Origin: an uncultured Roseicyclus sp.
GTDB taxonomy: Bacteria > Pseudomonadota > Alphaproteobacteria > Rhodobacterales > Rhodobacteraceae
DNA length: 64,000 nt
Assembly: GCA_947500415.1 (NCBI GenBank)
Contig: CANMRT010000001.1
Span: 210,982 to 274,981 of the forward strand
Reading direction: 5' to 3'
This document shows positions 49,669-58,249 of this stretch, in pieces (within the stretch, counting starts at the first letter, position 1; the number at the start of each line of letters is the position of its first letter). Under the pieces are notes generated by a model. It searched no databases, had not been told where the DNA came from, and was given only the letters and a program-made list of their open reading frames with translations. Made by a program: the position numbers and the translations under genes.

Positions 49669-50217
49669 TTAGCTCATCGAATGTCTTAACCGTTCCAGCG
49701 CCAACCTAATCCGCGACTTGATCGTGCCAAGGGGCAGACCGGTGGCGGCGGCGATTTCCGAGTGGGAAAGATCACCAAAATAGGCGTGCTGGATCAGCTC
49801 GCGTTGCTTTTCCGGCAGCTTGGCCAAAGCTTGGGCCAACCTTCCGGTGTCTTGTTGCAGGGCGATGACATCCGCCTGATCGGGGGCTTGTTCGGGCCCC
49901 CAGGGCAGATCTTCAGGCTCGGGCCGCGCGTAGCGGCGCAGCAGATCGATCTTCCGATTGCGAGCAATCGTGAAAATCCACGTCGCGACAGAAGCCCGCG
50001 ACGGATCATACATATGAGCCTTGCGCCAGAGTGTGGCCATGACGTCCTGCATACATTCCTCGGCGAGGCTTTCATCAGCCCCGGATTTCATCAGAAACGC
50101 CTTCACCCGAGGGGCGAAATGCCGAAACAATTCGGCAAAGGCCTTCCGATCTTGATCCTGCGCAATGGCCTCCATACGGGTGATCCACTGTGCATCTTTG
50201 GTCTCGTGTGCCGTCAC
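49669..50217 (-). CDS. rpoE: ECF sigma factor RpoE (singlet-oxygen response)
   Basis: AFAELFRHFAPRVKAFLMKSG, TWIFTIARN, LPLGTIKSRIRLAL; upstream of chrR; GTG start. Confidence 0.95.
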   Translation of the reverse strand: MTAHETKDAQWITRMEAIAQDQDRKAFAELFRHFAPRVKAFLMKSGADESLAEECMQDVMATLWRKAHMYDPSRASVATWIFTIARNRKIDLLRRYARPEPEDLPWGPEQAPDQADVIALQQDTGRLAQALAKLPEKQRELIQHAYFGDLSHSEIAAATGLPLGTIKSRIRLALERLRHSMS

Positions 50218-50318
50218 GGTCTTCCCACGCAGCGCGCTCCCTTGCGCATAGGCCTTGTCTGGGGCCGCCCAAGGGATTGCAACTGTTTCTCTTTCGCGTG
50301 GTCGTTCGCGAACAGCAT
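50214..50318 (-). CDS. Putative leaderless 34-aa uORF coupled to rpoE
   Basis: ATG lies 5 nt after the RpoE -10 element; open for 34 codons; TGA overlaps the rpoE GTG (GTGA). Confidence 0.35.
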   Translation of the reverse strand: MLFANDHAKEKQLQSLGRPQTRPMRKGARCVGRP

Positions 50319-50323
50319 ATCCG

Positions 50324-50352
50324 TCTTACGCACGATTCCCTAGAGTGGATCA
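50324..50352 (-). promoter_or_regulatory. RpoE-dependent promoter of rpoE-chrR
   Basis: TGATCC-N15-GCGTAAGA, an exact match to the Rhodobacter sigmaE consensus. Confidence 0.85.
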
Positions 50353-50412
50353 CATTAATCTCTCCACTGAAAAGATTTCACGTGAAGTGAATGTGTTTTC
50401 GGGATTTTTCTT

Positions 50413-50440
50413 TGATCTACTTGCAGTTGCGCCCCGTAAC
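50413..50440 (+). promoter_or_regulatory. RpoE-dependent promoter of the oxidoreductase operon
   Basis: TGATCT-N15-CCGTAAC, one mismatch in each box. Confidence 0.7.
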
Positions 50441-50475
50441 CCGATGAACGAGAACCATAAGGTCTGGGGGTCTGA

Positions 50476-51768
50476 ATGCCATTTGAAACGCCGGGTGCGG
50501 TGCACCGGAAAATCGCTGTTGTCGGAGCCGGAATTTCCGGGATGGCGGCTGCCTATCATTTGGCGACAGACAACCATGTGACATTGATCGAGGCGGAAGG
50601 TCGCCTTGGCGGCCATGCGCGCACAGTTGTGGCGGGGAAGAACGGCGATCAGCCGGTGGATACCGGGTTCATCGTATTCAATCGCGTGAACTACCCCAAC
50701 CTTGTGAAGTTGTTCGAGGAATTGGACGTGCCGGTGGCTCTGTCGGACATGTCTTTTGCCGCGTCGATCGGGGGCGGGAAGATTGAATACGGGCTTCGCA
50801 GCGCCAAGGCGTTGTTCGCGCAGCCGTCCAATGCGCTGCGGCCTGGGTTCGTGCGAATGGTTCGCGATCTGTTGAAGTTCAACGCGCAGGCGGCGGACCT
50901 TGCGACGGACAGCACGATCACCTTACGCGAGTTTCTGGACCAGATGGGCATGGGCCGCTGGTTCCGCGACTACTACCTGACACCGGTTTCGGGCGCGATC
51001 TGGTCGACCCCGAAAGAGGAGATCATGGATTTCCCGGCGCAGGCGATGATCCGCTTCTTCCGTAATCACCACCTGCTGCATCACACCGGACAGCACCAGT
51101 GGTATACGGTTGAAGGTGGCTCGATCGAATATGTCACGCGGTTGGAACGCGCGATGCGCGGACGCGGTATCGACATTCGGTTGGGGCAGGGGGTTGAGAC
51201 CGTGCGGCGGACGCCGATTGGCGTGGAGGTGCGCATGGGCGGGCATTGGGAGGCCTTTGATGAGGTCGTCTTTGCCACCCATTCCGACCAGACGCTTGCG
51301 ATGCTGGCCGACCCGACCCCAGAAGAAACGGCAGCGCTGGGTGCTGTGCGGTATCAGCCCAATCGCGCGGTGCTCCATGCCGATGCCAACGCAATGCCCA
51401 AGCGGCGCGCGACGTGGAGCAGTTGGAACTACACGGAGCGCCCCGGGTTCGAGGGCGGGCCGATTGACTTGACCTATTGGATGAATTGCCTGCAGCCGAT
51501 CCCGGAAAGCGACCCGATGTTTGTGACGCTCAACAGCCGCGCGCCGATCAACGAGGCGCTGATCTATGATGAGGTTGAGTTTGCGCATCCGGTCTATGAT
51601 CTGGCGGCGCTTGCCGCGCAGTCCACGATCCGCGATCTCAATGGTGACAATTCGACGTGGTTCTGCGGGGCATGGATGAAGAACGGGTTCCACGAAGACG
51701 GCTATGCCAGTGCGCTGGACGTCGTTGAGGGGCTGCGCACCAAGGATCGGAGTGTTCTGGCCGCATGA
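50476..51768 (+). CDS. FAD-dependent oxidoreductase/desaturase (RSP_1091/UfaD-like)
   Basis: VGAGISG..AA, GRLGGHARTV, VDTGFIVFN..NYP, CGAWMKNGFHEDG. Confidence 0.88.
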   Translation: MPFETPGAVHRKIAVVGAGISGMAAAYHLATDNHVTLIEAEGRLGGHARTVVAGKNGDQPVDTGFIVFNRVNYPNLVKLFEELDVPVALSDMSFAASIGGGKIEYGLRSAKALFAQPSNALRPGFVRMVRDLLKFNAQAADLATDSTITLREFLDQMGMGRWFRDYYLTPVSGAIWSTPKEEIMDFPAQAMIRFFRNHHLLHHTGQHQWYTVEGGSIEYVTRLERAMRGRGIDIRLGQGVETVRRTPIGVEVRMGGHWEAFDEVVFATHSDQTLAMLADPTPEETAALGAVRYQPNRAVLHADANAMPKRRATWSSWNYTERPGFEGGPIDLTYWMNCLQPIPESDPMFVTLNSRAPINEALIYDEVEFAHPVYDLAALAAQSTIRDLNGDNSTWFCGAWMKNGFHEDGYASALDVVEGLRTKDRSVLAA

Positions 51769-52529
51769 GTGAAGGCGTCGACCATATCGCAGGCGAGACG
51801 TTCCATGGCCGCAAGGGCGCCGTGGAAAACGCGTTTCGCTATGGGATCGACTACGTGATGCTGGATGCGGAGGCGGACGCCCGTGGCCCCGCCTTGTTCG
51901 GGCGCAATCGGGCGGGGTTCTTCTCGCTCCAGGATCGCGACCACGGCGGCGCGCCGAAGGACGGCCAAGGGGCCAGTTGGGCGCGGGAGGTTTTGGCGGC
52001 CCATGACTTGAGCGGTGTGACCGATGGCAAGCTGATGCTTTTGGCGCAACCAAGGGTTATGGGGCATGTGTTCAACCCGGTGTCGTTCTGGCTGGCGCAG
52101 GATCGGCAGGGGCGTTTGCGCGCCGTGATTGCAGAGGTGACGAACACCTTCGGCGACAGGCACTCCTACCTCTGCGCCCACCACGATCAGCGCCCGATTG
52201 AGCGGGATGACCATCTGAGTGCGACCAAGATTTTTCATGTCTCGCCGTTCCAGCCCATCGAAGGCGGTTACACGTTCCGTTTCGACATCCGACCGGATCG
52301 GATTGGTATCTGGATCGAGTTTGTCACGGGCAATGAGGGCGTACTGGCCACGCTGACGGGCAAACGGGCGGCGCTGACCAATGGCTCCATCCTGCGGGCG
52401 GCTTTGCGGCGGCCCTTTGGGTCGCGTCGAGTGCTTGGGCTGATCCATTGGCAGGCGGTGAAGCTGTGGTGGAAGGGGGCGGTCTACCGCGTCCGACCCG
52501 AGCCGCCTGCGGAAGACGTCAGCCGGTAG
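51765..52529 (+). CDS. DUF1365 family protein (RSP_1090-like)
   Basis: FNPVSFW, AEVTNTFG.RH.Y, K.FHVSPF, IHWQA.KLW.KG. Confidence 0.9.
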   Translation: MSEGVDHIAGETFHGRKGAVENAFRYGIDYVMLDAEADARGPALFGRNRAGFFSLQDRDHGGAPKDGQGASWAREVLAAHDLSGVTDGKLMLLAQPRVMGHVFNPVSFWLAQDRQGRLRAVIAEVTNTFGDRHSYLCAHHDQRPIERDDHLSATKIFHVSPFQPIEGGYTFRFDIRPDRIGIWIEFVTGNEGVLATLTGKRAALTNGSILRAALRRPFGSRRVLGLIHWQAVKLWWKGAVYRVRPEPPAEDVSR

Positions 52530-52670
52530 ATCTGACGCGGTGCTGAGGCGGCAAGTTTCGGGCGGTGTTTCGCGCAGGTGAACTTTCCCCGGATTGCAGC
52601 GTTCATGAACTGACATATCTGTTGCACGGGCGCGTAGGTGCCCAAGGAATTGACACGGAAAGGATTGAGA

Positions 52671-53408
52671 ATGCGGGATTGGAGCGGGAAGCGCTATTGG
52701 TTGGTCGGTGCCTCGGAAGGATTGGGGCGCGCGCTTGCCCACAGCCTGAGCCGATCCGGCGTTGAGTTGATCCTGTCCGCACGCTCAGCCGACCGGCTTG
52801 AAGATTTGTCTGCCGGGCTTCCGGGGCCGTCGAGCGTAGTGACCGTCGACATCTCGGACCGGGCCTCAGTCGAGGCGGCGGCGGCTGAGGTGGGCGAGAT
52901 TGACGGCATGGTCTTTCTGGCCGGCGTCTACACACCGATGAAGGCGCAGGAGTGGGATGCCGACAAGGTCGAGCAGATGTTCGACATCAACCTGACCGGC
53001 TGTGCGCGCGTGGTGGGGCAGGTCATCGGGCCGATGGTCGAGAAGGACCGCGGCCATATCGTTTTGATCGGGTCTCTGTCGGCCTATCGTGGTTTGCCCG
53101 GCGCCATCGGCTATTCGGCGTCGAAATCCGGCATGTTGGCGCTGGCGGAATCCATGCATGGCGATTTGCGCAAGACGGGTGTTGAGGTGCAGATCGCGAA
53201 CCCCGGTTTCATCAAGACGCGGCTGACGGATCAGAATGAATTCGACATGCCTTTCATCATGGAGCCCGAGGCCGCCGCGCAAGAGGTGTTCGAGCACATG
53301 AACACCGATAATTTCCACAAGGCATTTCCGTTTGGTTTCAGCCTTGTCTTCCGTCTGTCGCGGTTCCTTCCCACAAGTCTCTATGAAGCGATCTTCTTCC
53401 GGCGCTAG
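52671..53408 (+). CDS. SDR oxidoreductase (RSP_1087/UfaO-like)
   Basis: GASEGLG, YSASK catalytic motif, NPGFIKTRLT..N.F.MPF. Confidence 0.85.
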   Translation: MRDWSGKRYWLVGASEGLGRALAHSLSRSGVELILSARSADRLEDLSAGLPGPSSVVTVDISDRASVEAAAAEVGEIDGMVFLAGVYTPMKAQEWDADKVEQMFDINLTGCARVVGQVIGPMVEKDRGHIVLIGSLSAYRGLPGAIGYSASKSGMLALAESMHGDLRKTGVEVQIANPGFIKTRLTDQNEFDMPFIMEPEAAAQEVFEHMNTDNFHKAFPFGFSLVFRLSRFLPTSLYEAIFFRR

Positions 53409-53479
53409 GATTGTTCTGAATCAAGGTGAGGGGTGCTGACGTCTGGTTCATTGGGGGCAGTGAACAGGAGGGACGTGCG

Positions 53480-53794
53480 ATGGAGATTTCAACAAGCGCC
53501 GTGGCGCAGGTGATCCTGATGGGTCACGAATTGGAGCGCGCCGAGGGCGAGCTGCGCGGGTTTGTGGAACGGCTGGGACGCGAAGAGCAGGCCGAATTGG
53601 TCGCGATTTTCTGGGTCGGGCGCGGCAGTTTCGAGGCGGAGGATTTTGCGGAAGCGCTGTCCACCGCCAAGGCGGAGGCCACGGTGCCGACGATGGATTA
53701 CCTGACAGGAAGCCCGCATTTCGCCGACCACCTTGAAGCGGGGGCGGAGGCCATGGGGCTGGACATCGGTGGGGCCGAAGGCGACCTTCTATAG
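53480..53794 (+). CDS. DUF3775 family protein
   Basis: EQAELVAIFWVGRG.F, YL.G.P..ADHLE.G. Confidence 0.82.
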   Translation: MEISTSAVAQVILMGHELERAEGELRGFVERLGREEQAELVAIFWVGRGSFEAEDFAEALSTAKAEATVPTMDYLTGSPHFADHLEAGAEAMGLDIGGAEGDLL

Positions 53795-54835
53795 AGCTTT
53801 GCGGAAGGTGGCCTCGGCCCTCGCCCAGACGCCTGAGGTGTCGTCGGTGAGGTCGAGAAGGCTTGGCAAAAGTTGGTCCGCGTAATCCTCACTGCTTTCC
53901 AACGGCAGGAGCGACGGCAGGTTGTCGATGGCCATGACGTCAAGCGGCAGGTTTTCCGCTACGCGCAAGACCGGCGCGTCCCATGTGGTCGTCCGGTCGT
54001 AGACCTTGATGGGGGAAAAATCGCTGTCGGGGTCGCAGGCGATGTCACCAATCACCGTGAGGGCGCGGGGTGCGGTCTTGGCGCTTTCCGGCACGAAGAC
54101 GGGCACGCCAGGGGTTGCGAGGATACAGTTCAGGAAGATGTCGTGCCGCAGGATTTCAGGGAAGGGTCCGCCGTGGGCGGTCTCGGCCATGTCCCAGCCA
54201 GTGGGGGTGATCCCGAGCGTCTCTAGCAGAGCCTTCGCGCCGCTTCCGGTGCGGCCAAGGGCGCCGATGATGAGGGCTGAGGGGCGATTGGGGCCGCTTG
54301 TTTCGAGGGCTTGGGCAAGATGGTCGATCATCGCGTCTTTCTTCGGCCAATCCGAGATGCCGGGCATGGCGTGCCCTGTCTGCTGAGCGGCCCATGCGGC
54401 GACAGAGAGGCCCGCGCCGACGTAGCCTGCCCAGAAACCGAAAGCAGCGACACGACGGCCCGATGCGTCGGTTAGGTATTCCAGATCAAGCAGCGTCCCG
54501 CCGCCTTCCTTGAAGCGGTCCAGCAGGTGTCGCCCGGAGGGTTGGCCCTTGAAGGCATGGCCAAAGAGGATGTGGCGATGGGAAAGAGGGCCGGTGTCTT
54601 CGGGCAGTTCCTTGAGGCCGAAGATGATGGCGTCAGACGGAGCCGAGCGCCAGCTGCCCGAAGGTGCAATGTCGATGCCCGCGTCCCGGTACGCCTCGGT
54701 TGGGATGATCCGGTCGGGGCTGTCTTCCACGGTGACCTGAACGCCTGCGGCCAAAAGCTGCTTCGCGCCCGAAGGTGTCAGCCCGACACGGCGTTCGTTG
54801 GCACGTTCTTCGGCCCGGATCCAGAGATGTGTCAT
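53789..54835 (-). CDS. Saccharopine dehydrogenase (NAD+, Lys-forming; LYS1/LKR type)
   Basis: LWIRAE....ERR..LTP, GLKELP, FGHAFKGQ, IGALGR.G.GA, DIACDP, IDNLPSLLP.ESS. Confidence 0.88.
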   Translation of the reverse strand: MTHLWIRAEERANERRVGLTPSGAKQLLAAGVQVTVEDSPDRIIPTEAYRDAGIDIAPSGSWRSAPSDAIIFGLKELPEDTGPLSHRHILFGHAFKGQPSGRHLLDRFKEGGGTLLDLEYLTDASGRRVAAFGFWAGYVGAGLSVAAWAAQQTGHAMPGISDWPKKDAMIDHLAQALETSGPNRPSALIIGALGRTGSGAKALLETLGITPTGWDMAETAHGGPFPEILRHDIFLNCILATPGVPVFVPESAKTAPRALTVIGDIACDPDSDFSPIKVYDRTTTWDAPVLRVAENLPLDVMAIDNLPSLLPLESSEDYADQLLPSLLDLTDDTSGVWARAEATFRKAL

Positions 54836-54890
54836 GCGGATTTACCCCTGCTTGATGCAGGTGACTTGTTACCAGCCGGGCCATAGCAAT

Positions 54891-54917
54891 GGAACCGAGC
54901 GGTGGGTCTGCGGGTTG
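54891..54917 (+). promoter_or_regulatory. EcfG/RpoE2-type general-stress promoter
   Basis: GGAAC-N16-GGGTT (consensus GGAAC-N16/17-gcgTT), about 40 bp upstream of the ferritin-like gene. Confidence 0.55.
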
Positions 54918-54958
54918 GTTGGGTAGACGACTTCAAATCGCAACCAATGAGGTGCCTT

Positions 54959-55435
54959 ATGAATACCAATGCCGCCCCAATCCCGCCCGTCACCCCCACC
55001 GAAAGCACGGATGTGCACAACGATGTGGAAGCTGTACAAAAGGTGCTGACGCGCACCATCGACGCGCTGGCCGGTTACGACAAGATGTTGCCTGAGGCCG
55101 AGCCCGAGGTCGCGCCAATCCTGCGCAAACTGCGCGAGACGCACCACACCCATGCGGAACAGTTGTCGGCGATGATCGTCGCGCTTGGCGGCACGCCGGA
55201 AACCCAAGGCTCGCTCATGAGCACGGTGAACAAGACGGTTGTGTCGCTGCGCGCCTTCTTTGACGACATTGACGATGATGCGCTTGAGAAGGTCATTGAG
55301 GGAGAGAAATGGATCACGGATGCGTTCACCGACGCGGTAGAGGAACTGCCGGAAGGTCATCACCGGGATGAGCTGGTCACGCTACAGCGGCAGTTGGAAG
55401 ATGTGCTGGGAGAGGCCCGCGTCATCGCTGACTAG
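54959..55435 (+). CDS. PA2169/DUF2383 ferritin-like four-helix-bundle protein
   Basis: DALAGY, HxxHA..L, GS.M..V...VV, GEK.I..AF pattern. Confidence 0.8.
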   Translation: MNTNAAPIPPVTPTESTDVHNDVEAVQKVLTRTIDALAGYDKMLPEAEPEVAPILRKLRETHHTHAEQLSAMIVALGGTPETQGSLMSTVNKTVVSLRAFFDDIDDDALEKVIEGEKWITDAFTDAVEELPEGHHRDELVTLQRQLEDVLGEARVIAD

Positions 55436-56133
55436 GACCAGCTGACATCGCCGAGAAAGATGTAGCCCGCGCCGTAGATCGTCTTGATCAGGCGCGGGTT
55501 TTTTGGGTCTTCCCGCAGTTTGGTGCGCAGGCGGGATATGCGGACGTCCATTGCGCGATCAAAGCTGTCGCCTGCGACGCCGCCGAGGCTTTCCTGCATT
55601 TGCTGGCGGGAGATCAGGCGTTTGGGGGCTTCGAGGAAGAGGCGGAGGACTTCGCCTTCCGCATGGGAAAATGGGATGTCAGTGCCATCTTCTGCTGTCA
55701 GGATGTAGCTGTCGAATGCAGCGGTCCAGCCGTTGAACCGCGCCGTGGATTGCGCGCGGTCGGGGGTTTTGGGGCTGCGCAGGCGGGCGCGGACACGGGC
55801 TACGACTTCGGCAGGATCGAAGGGTTTGATGATGTAGTCGTCGGCCCCAAGCTCGAGCCCGGTTACCCGGTCCTGCACCTGCGCGCGGCCTGAGATGATG
55901 ATGATCGCCGCCCCGGATTCGAGTGCGAGGCGGTGGACCACGGCCAAGCCGTCGCGGTCGGGCAGGCCCAGATCGACAAGGCAGACATCGGGTGTGGTGC
56001 GGCGGAGGGCTGCCTCAAATTCCGTTGCGCGGGCGAAGCTGGCGGTGCGAAAGCCCGCATCTTCCAGCGCGTCCGACAACATGGCGCGGATCTGCGGCTC
56101 ATCATCGAGGATGGTGACTAATGGGTTGCTCAT
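55432..56133 (-). CDS. OmpR-family response regulator
   Basis: LDDEPQIR, VDLGLPD.DG, GLELGADDYI.KPF, DVRISRLR.KL, IKTIYG.GY. Confidence 0.93.
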   Translation of the reverse strand: MSNPLVTILDDEPQIRAMLSDALEDAGFRTASFARATEFEAALRRTTPDVCLVDLGLPDRDGLAVVHRLALESGAAIIIISGRAQVQDRVTGLELGADDYIIKPFDPAEVVARVRARLRSPKTPDRAQSTARFNGWTAAFDSYILTAEDGTDIPFSHAEGEVLRLFLEAPKRLISRQQMQESLGGVAGDSFDRAMDVRISRLRTKLREDPKNPRLIKTIYGAGYIFLGDVSWS

Positions 56134-58037
56134 GCCGCTGCCTCCGCGGTCAAAAGCTGGTGCAGGTCGCCCGGTGTGACGGGTTTGGAAAGGACCGGCC
56201 AGCGGGTCGCGCCCTCGGCCCGCAGGGGGTCGGAGGGCGGCAGCGATGTCATGAGGGCGAGGTTCAGGCCGGGTCGCCTTGTGGCGATACTTTGGCAAAG
56301 CGCCACACCGTCCATGGCCGCCAGTTTGATGTCAGAGAGCACCCAGTCGAGGCCGGGTAGATCGGCGAGTGTCTCTGCCTCCTCGGCTGTGGCAGCTTCG
56401 ATGACCTGATGGCCCAGATCCGTCAGCATATCGCGGACGGAGGCGCGCAGATCGGCCATGTCATCGACCAAAAGGATCAGGCGCGGGCGGGCCTTGGCCT
56501 CAGCCGGTTTCAAAGGAAGGCGCAGGGAGACGCGCGCGCCGGTGTCGGTGTTGGCAATCCGCATGGTGCCGCCGGCGAGCTTCACGAGGTCGTAGACCAT
56601 GGTTAGGCCCAGGCCCGAACCCTCGTCGCCCTTGGTCGTAAAGAATGGATCAAGAGCGGAGGCGAGGGCAGCGTCCGAGAAGCCATTCCCGGTGTCGTCT
56701 ACCGTGATCTCAAGCCAGGTGTCCTTTACCGCGCGCAGGATCATGGTGATTTGCCCATCCGACGCCACGGCGTCGCGGGCGTTTAGGACGAGGTTCAGGA
56801 GGCTGTCGGACAGCGAGCCCGCGTCGAGCATCAGGGCTGGAGGGTCGACTTCGTTTTCTACATGGAGCGTGATTTCATCGGGCAAGGCCGCGCGTGCCAG
56901 CGGCAGGAAGGTATCGAGGAAGTCCGCCACGACCACGGGCGCGGTCTGCACCGTCCGGCTGCCGGTCATGTCCGCGATCTTGTCGAGAAGCCCGCCGCCC
57001 CGGCGCACGGCCATGCGGGTTGCAGACGTCAATTCATGCGCGCCGAGGGGTAGGGGCATCCGTTCCAGCCGGGTCTGCAGGCCAAGGATGATCGTCAGCA
57101 GATTGGCGAAATCATGGGCGAGGCCGGAGGTCAGCTGTGCCGCGAGCTCGCGCTTGTGGGTCTGGGCCAGCGCCGCGCGGGCCTGCGCTTCTTCCGTGAC
57201 ATCGGTGGACAGGAGGTAGACCCCGCCCTCTGCGGTCTCGTCCGGCGTGAACGCAGAGCGGATGCGGCGGCCTGTGGCCGGATCGGTGAATTCGTGGACG
57301 GAGCCTTCGCCACGCGCTGCGCGGGCCAGGTTGTCTTGCAGCAAACGCGCGGTGTCCTCGCCTAAAGCCTCCGAAAAACTGAGGCCGACAATATCGCTGT
57401 GACGGTCGGGCAGAAGGGCGGAGAGGCGGCGGTTGGTGAAGGTGTAAATCCCTTCCTCATCGACATGGGCGATATGGGCGGGGGTCATTTCGGTGACGAG
57501 GCGGGTGCGTGCCTCCATCTCGGTCAGTTCGGCCTTGGCTTCCTGCAACTGTGCGATGGTCGCCTCCAAGCGGCGGTTGGTGCGGGCGAGTTCCTCGGCA
57601 TGGGTCAGGACCTGATCCGACAGCTCCTCCGACCGGGCGCGCAGAAGCGCCTCTTGCCGTTTGGCGGAAGTGATGTCGGTGTAGACCGTAACCCAGCCGC
57701 CTTCGGGCAGGGGCGAACCTTCAACCGAGATCGTCCGCCCGTTGGCGCGGGTGCGTTCCATGTAATGCGGCTGGAAGGCGCGTGCCTGTTCGACGCGGGC
57801 CTCGACAAACTCCGAAATGTCATCGACCTCACCGTATTCGCCGGTCTCGACGAGGTAGCGGATGGTGTCATCGAAGCGGGCGCCCGGTGTGACGAGGTGC
57901 GTGGACAGGCCGAACATGTCCTGAAACGGGCGGTTGCAGACGGCGAGCCGCAGGTCGGCATCATAGATCGACAGCGCCTGCTGGATCAGGTTCAGACCCG
58001 CGCGGGTGAAGCTTTCCGTTGTCCGATCCCTTGGCAC
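56130..58037 (-). CDS. PAS hybrid histidine kinase
   Basis: PAS_7 N-terminus, H-box AHDFANLL, DPFFTTKG..GSGLGL, C-terminal receiver domain (VDD, SDI, KP). Confidence 0.92.
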   Translation of the reverse strand: MPRDRTTESFTRAGLNLIQQALSIYDADLRLAVCNRPFQDMFGLSTHLVTPGARFDDTIRYLVETGEYGEVDDISEFVEARVEQARAFQPHYMERTRANGRTISVEGSPLPEGGWVTVYTDITSAKRQEALLRARSEELSDQVLTHAEELARTNRRLEATIAQLQEAKAELTEMEARTRLVTEMTPAHIAHVDEEGIYTFTNRRLSALLPDRHSDIVGLSFSEALGEDTARLLQDNLARAARGEGSVHEFTDPATGRRIRSAFTPDETAEGGVYLLSTDVTEEAQARAALAQTHKRELAAQLTSGLAHDFANLLTIILGLQTRLERMPLPLGAHELTSATRMAVRRGGGLLDKIADMTGSRTVQTAPVVVADFLDTFLPLARAALPDEITLHVENEVDPPALMLDAGSLSDSLLNLVLNARDAVASDGQITMILRAVKDTWLEITVDDTGNGFSDAALASALDPFFTTKGDEGSGLGLTMVYDLVKLAGGTMRIANTDTGARVSLRLPLKPAEAKARPRLILLVDDMADLRASVRDMLTDLGHQVIEAATAEEAETLADLPGLDWVLSDIKLAAMDGVALCQSIATRRPGLNLALMTSLPPSDPLRAEGATRWPVLSKPVTPGDLHQLLTAEAAA

Positions 58038-58249
58038 GCTCTCGCCCTCCTGCCTTCATGGCTAGCCCGTCGCGGGACCTGCGCCAAGGGCTGCAGACGG
58101 CCTGTTACAATTCGAAAGGTTTGCGAAAAAGTCAGGTAACGCTTGACCCATCATGTTCCTGTGGCACGGTGGAGGGGCGGAGGCCTCGGCACGAAAGATC
58201 GAAGCCCCGTGCACGCCGGTCGGGAGACTGGCGAATGGGAGGAAAAGTT

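Noticed and set aside
50374-50389. parS-like core TTTCACGTGAA
   Set aside because: Only 11 of 16 bases match TGTTTCACGTGAAACA; single copy inside the RpoE divergent promoter region.
52611-52636. Internal RpoE promoter before the SDR gene (TGACAT-N15-GCGTA)
   Set aside because: The -10 and spacing fit, but the -35 matches TGATCC at only 3 of 6 positions; too weak to call.
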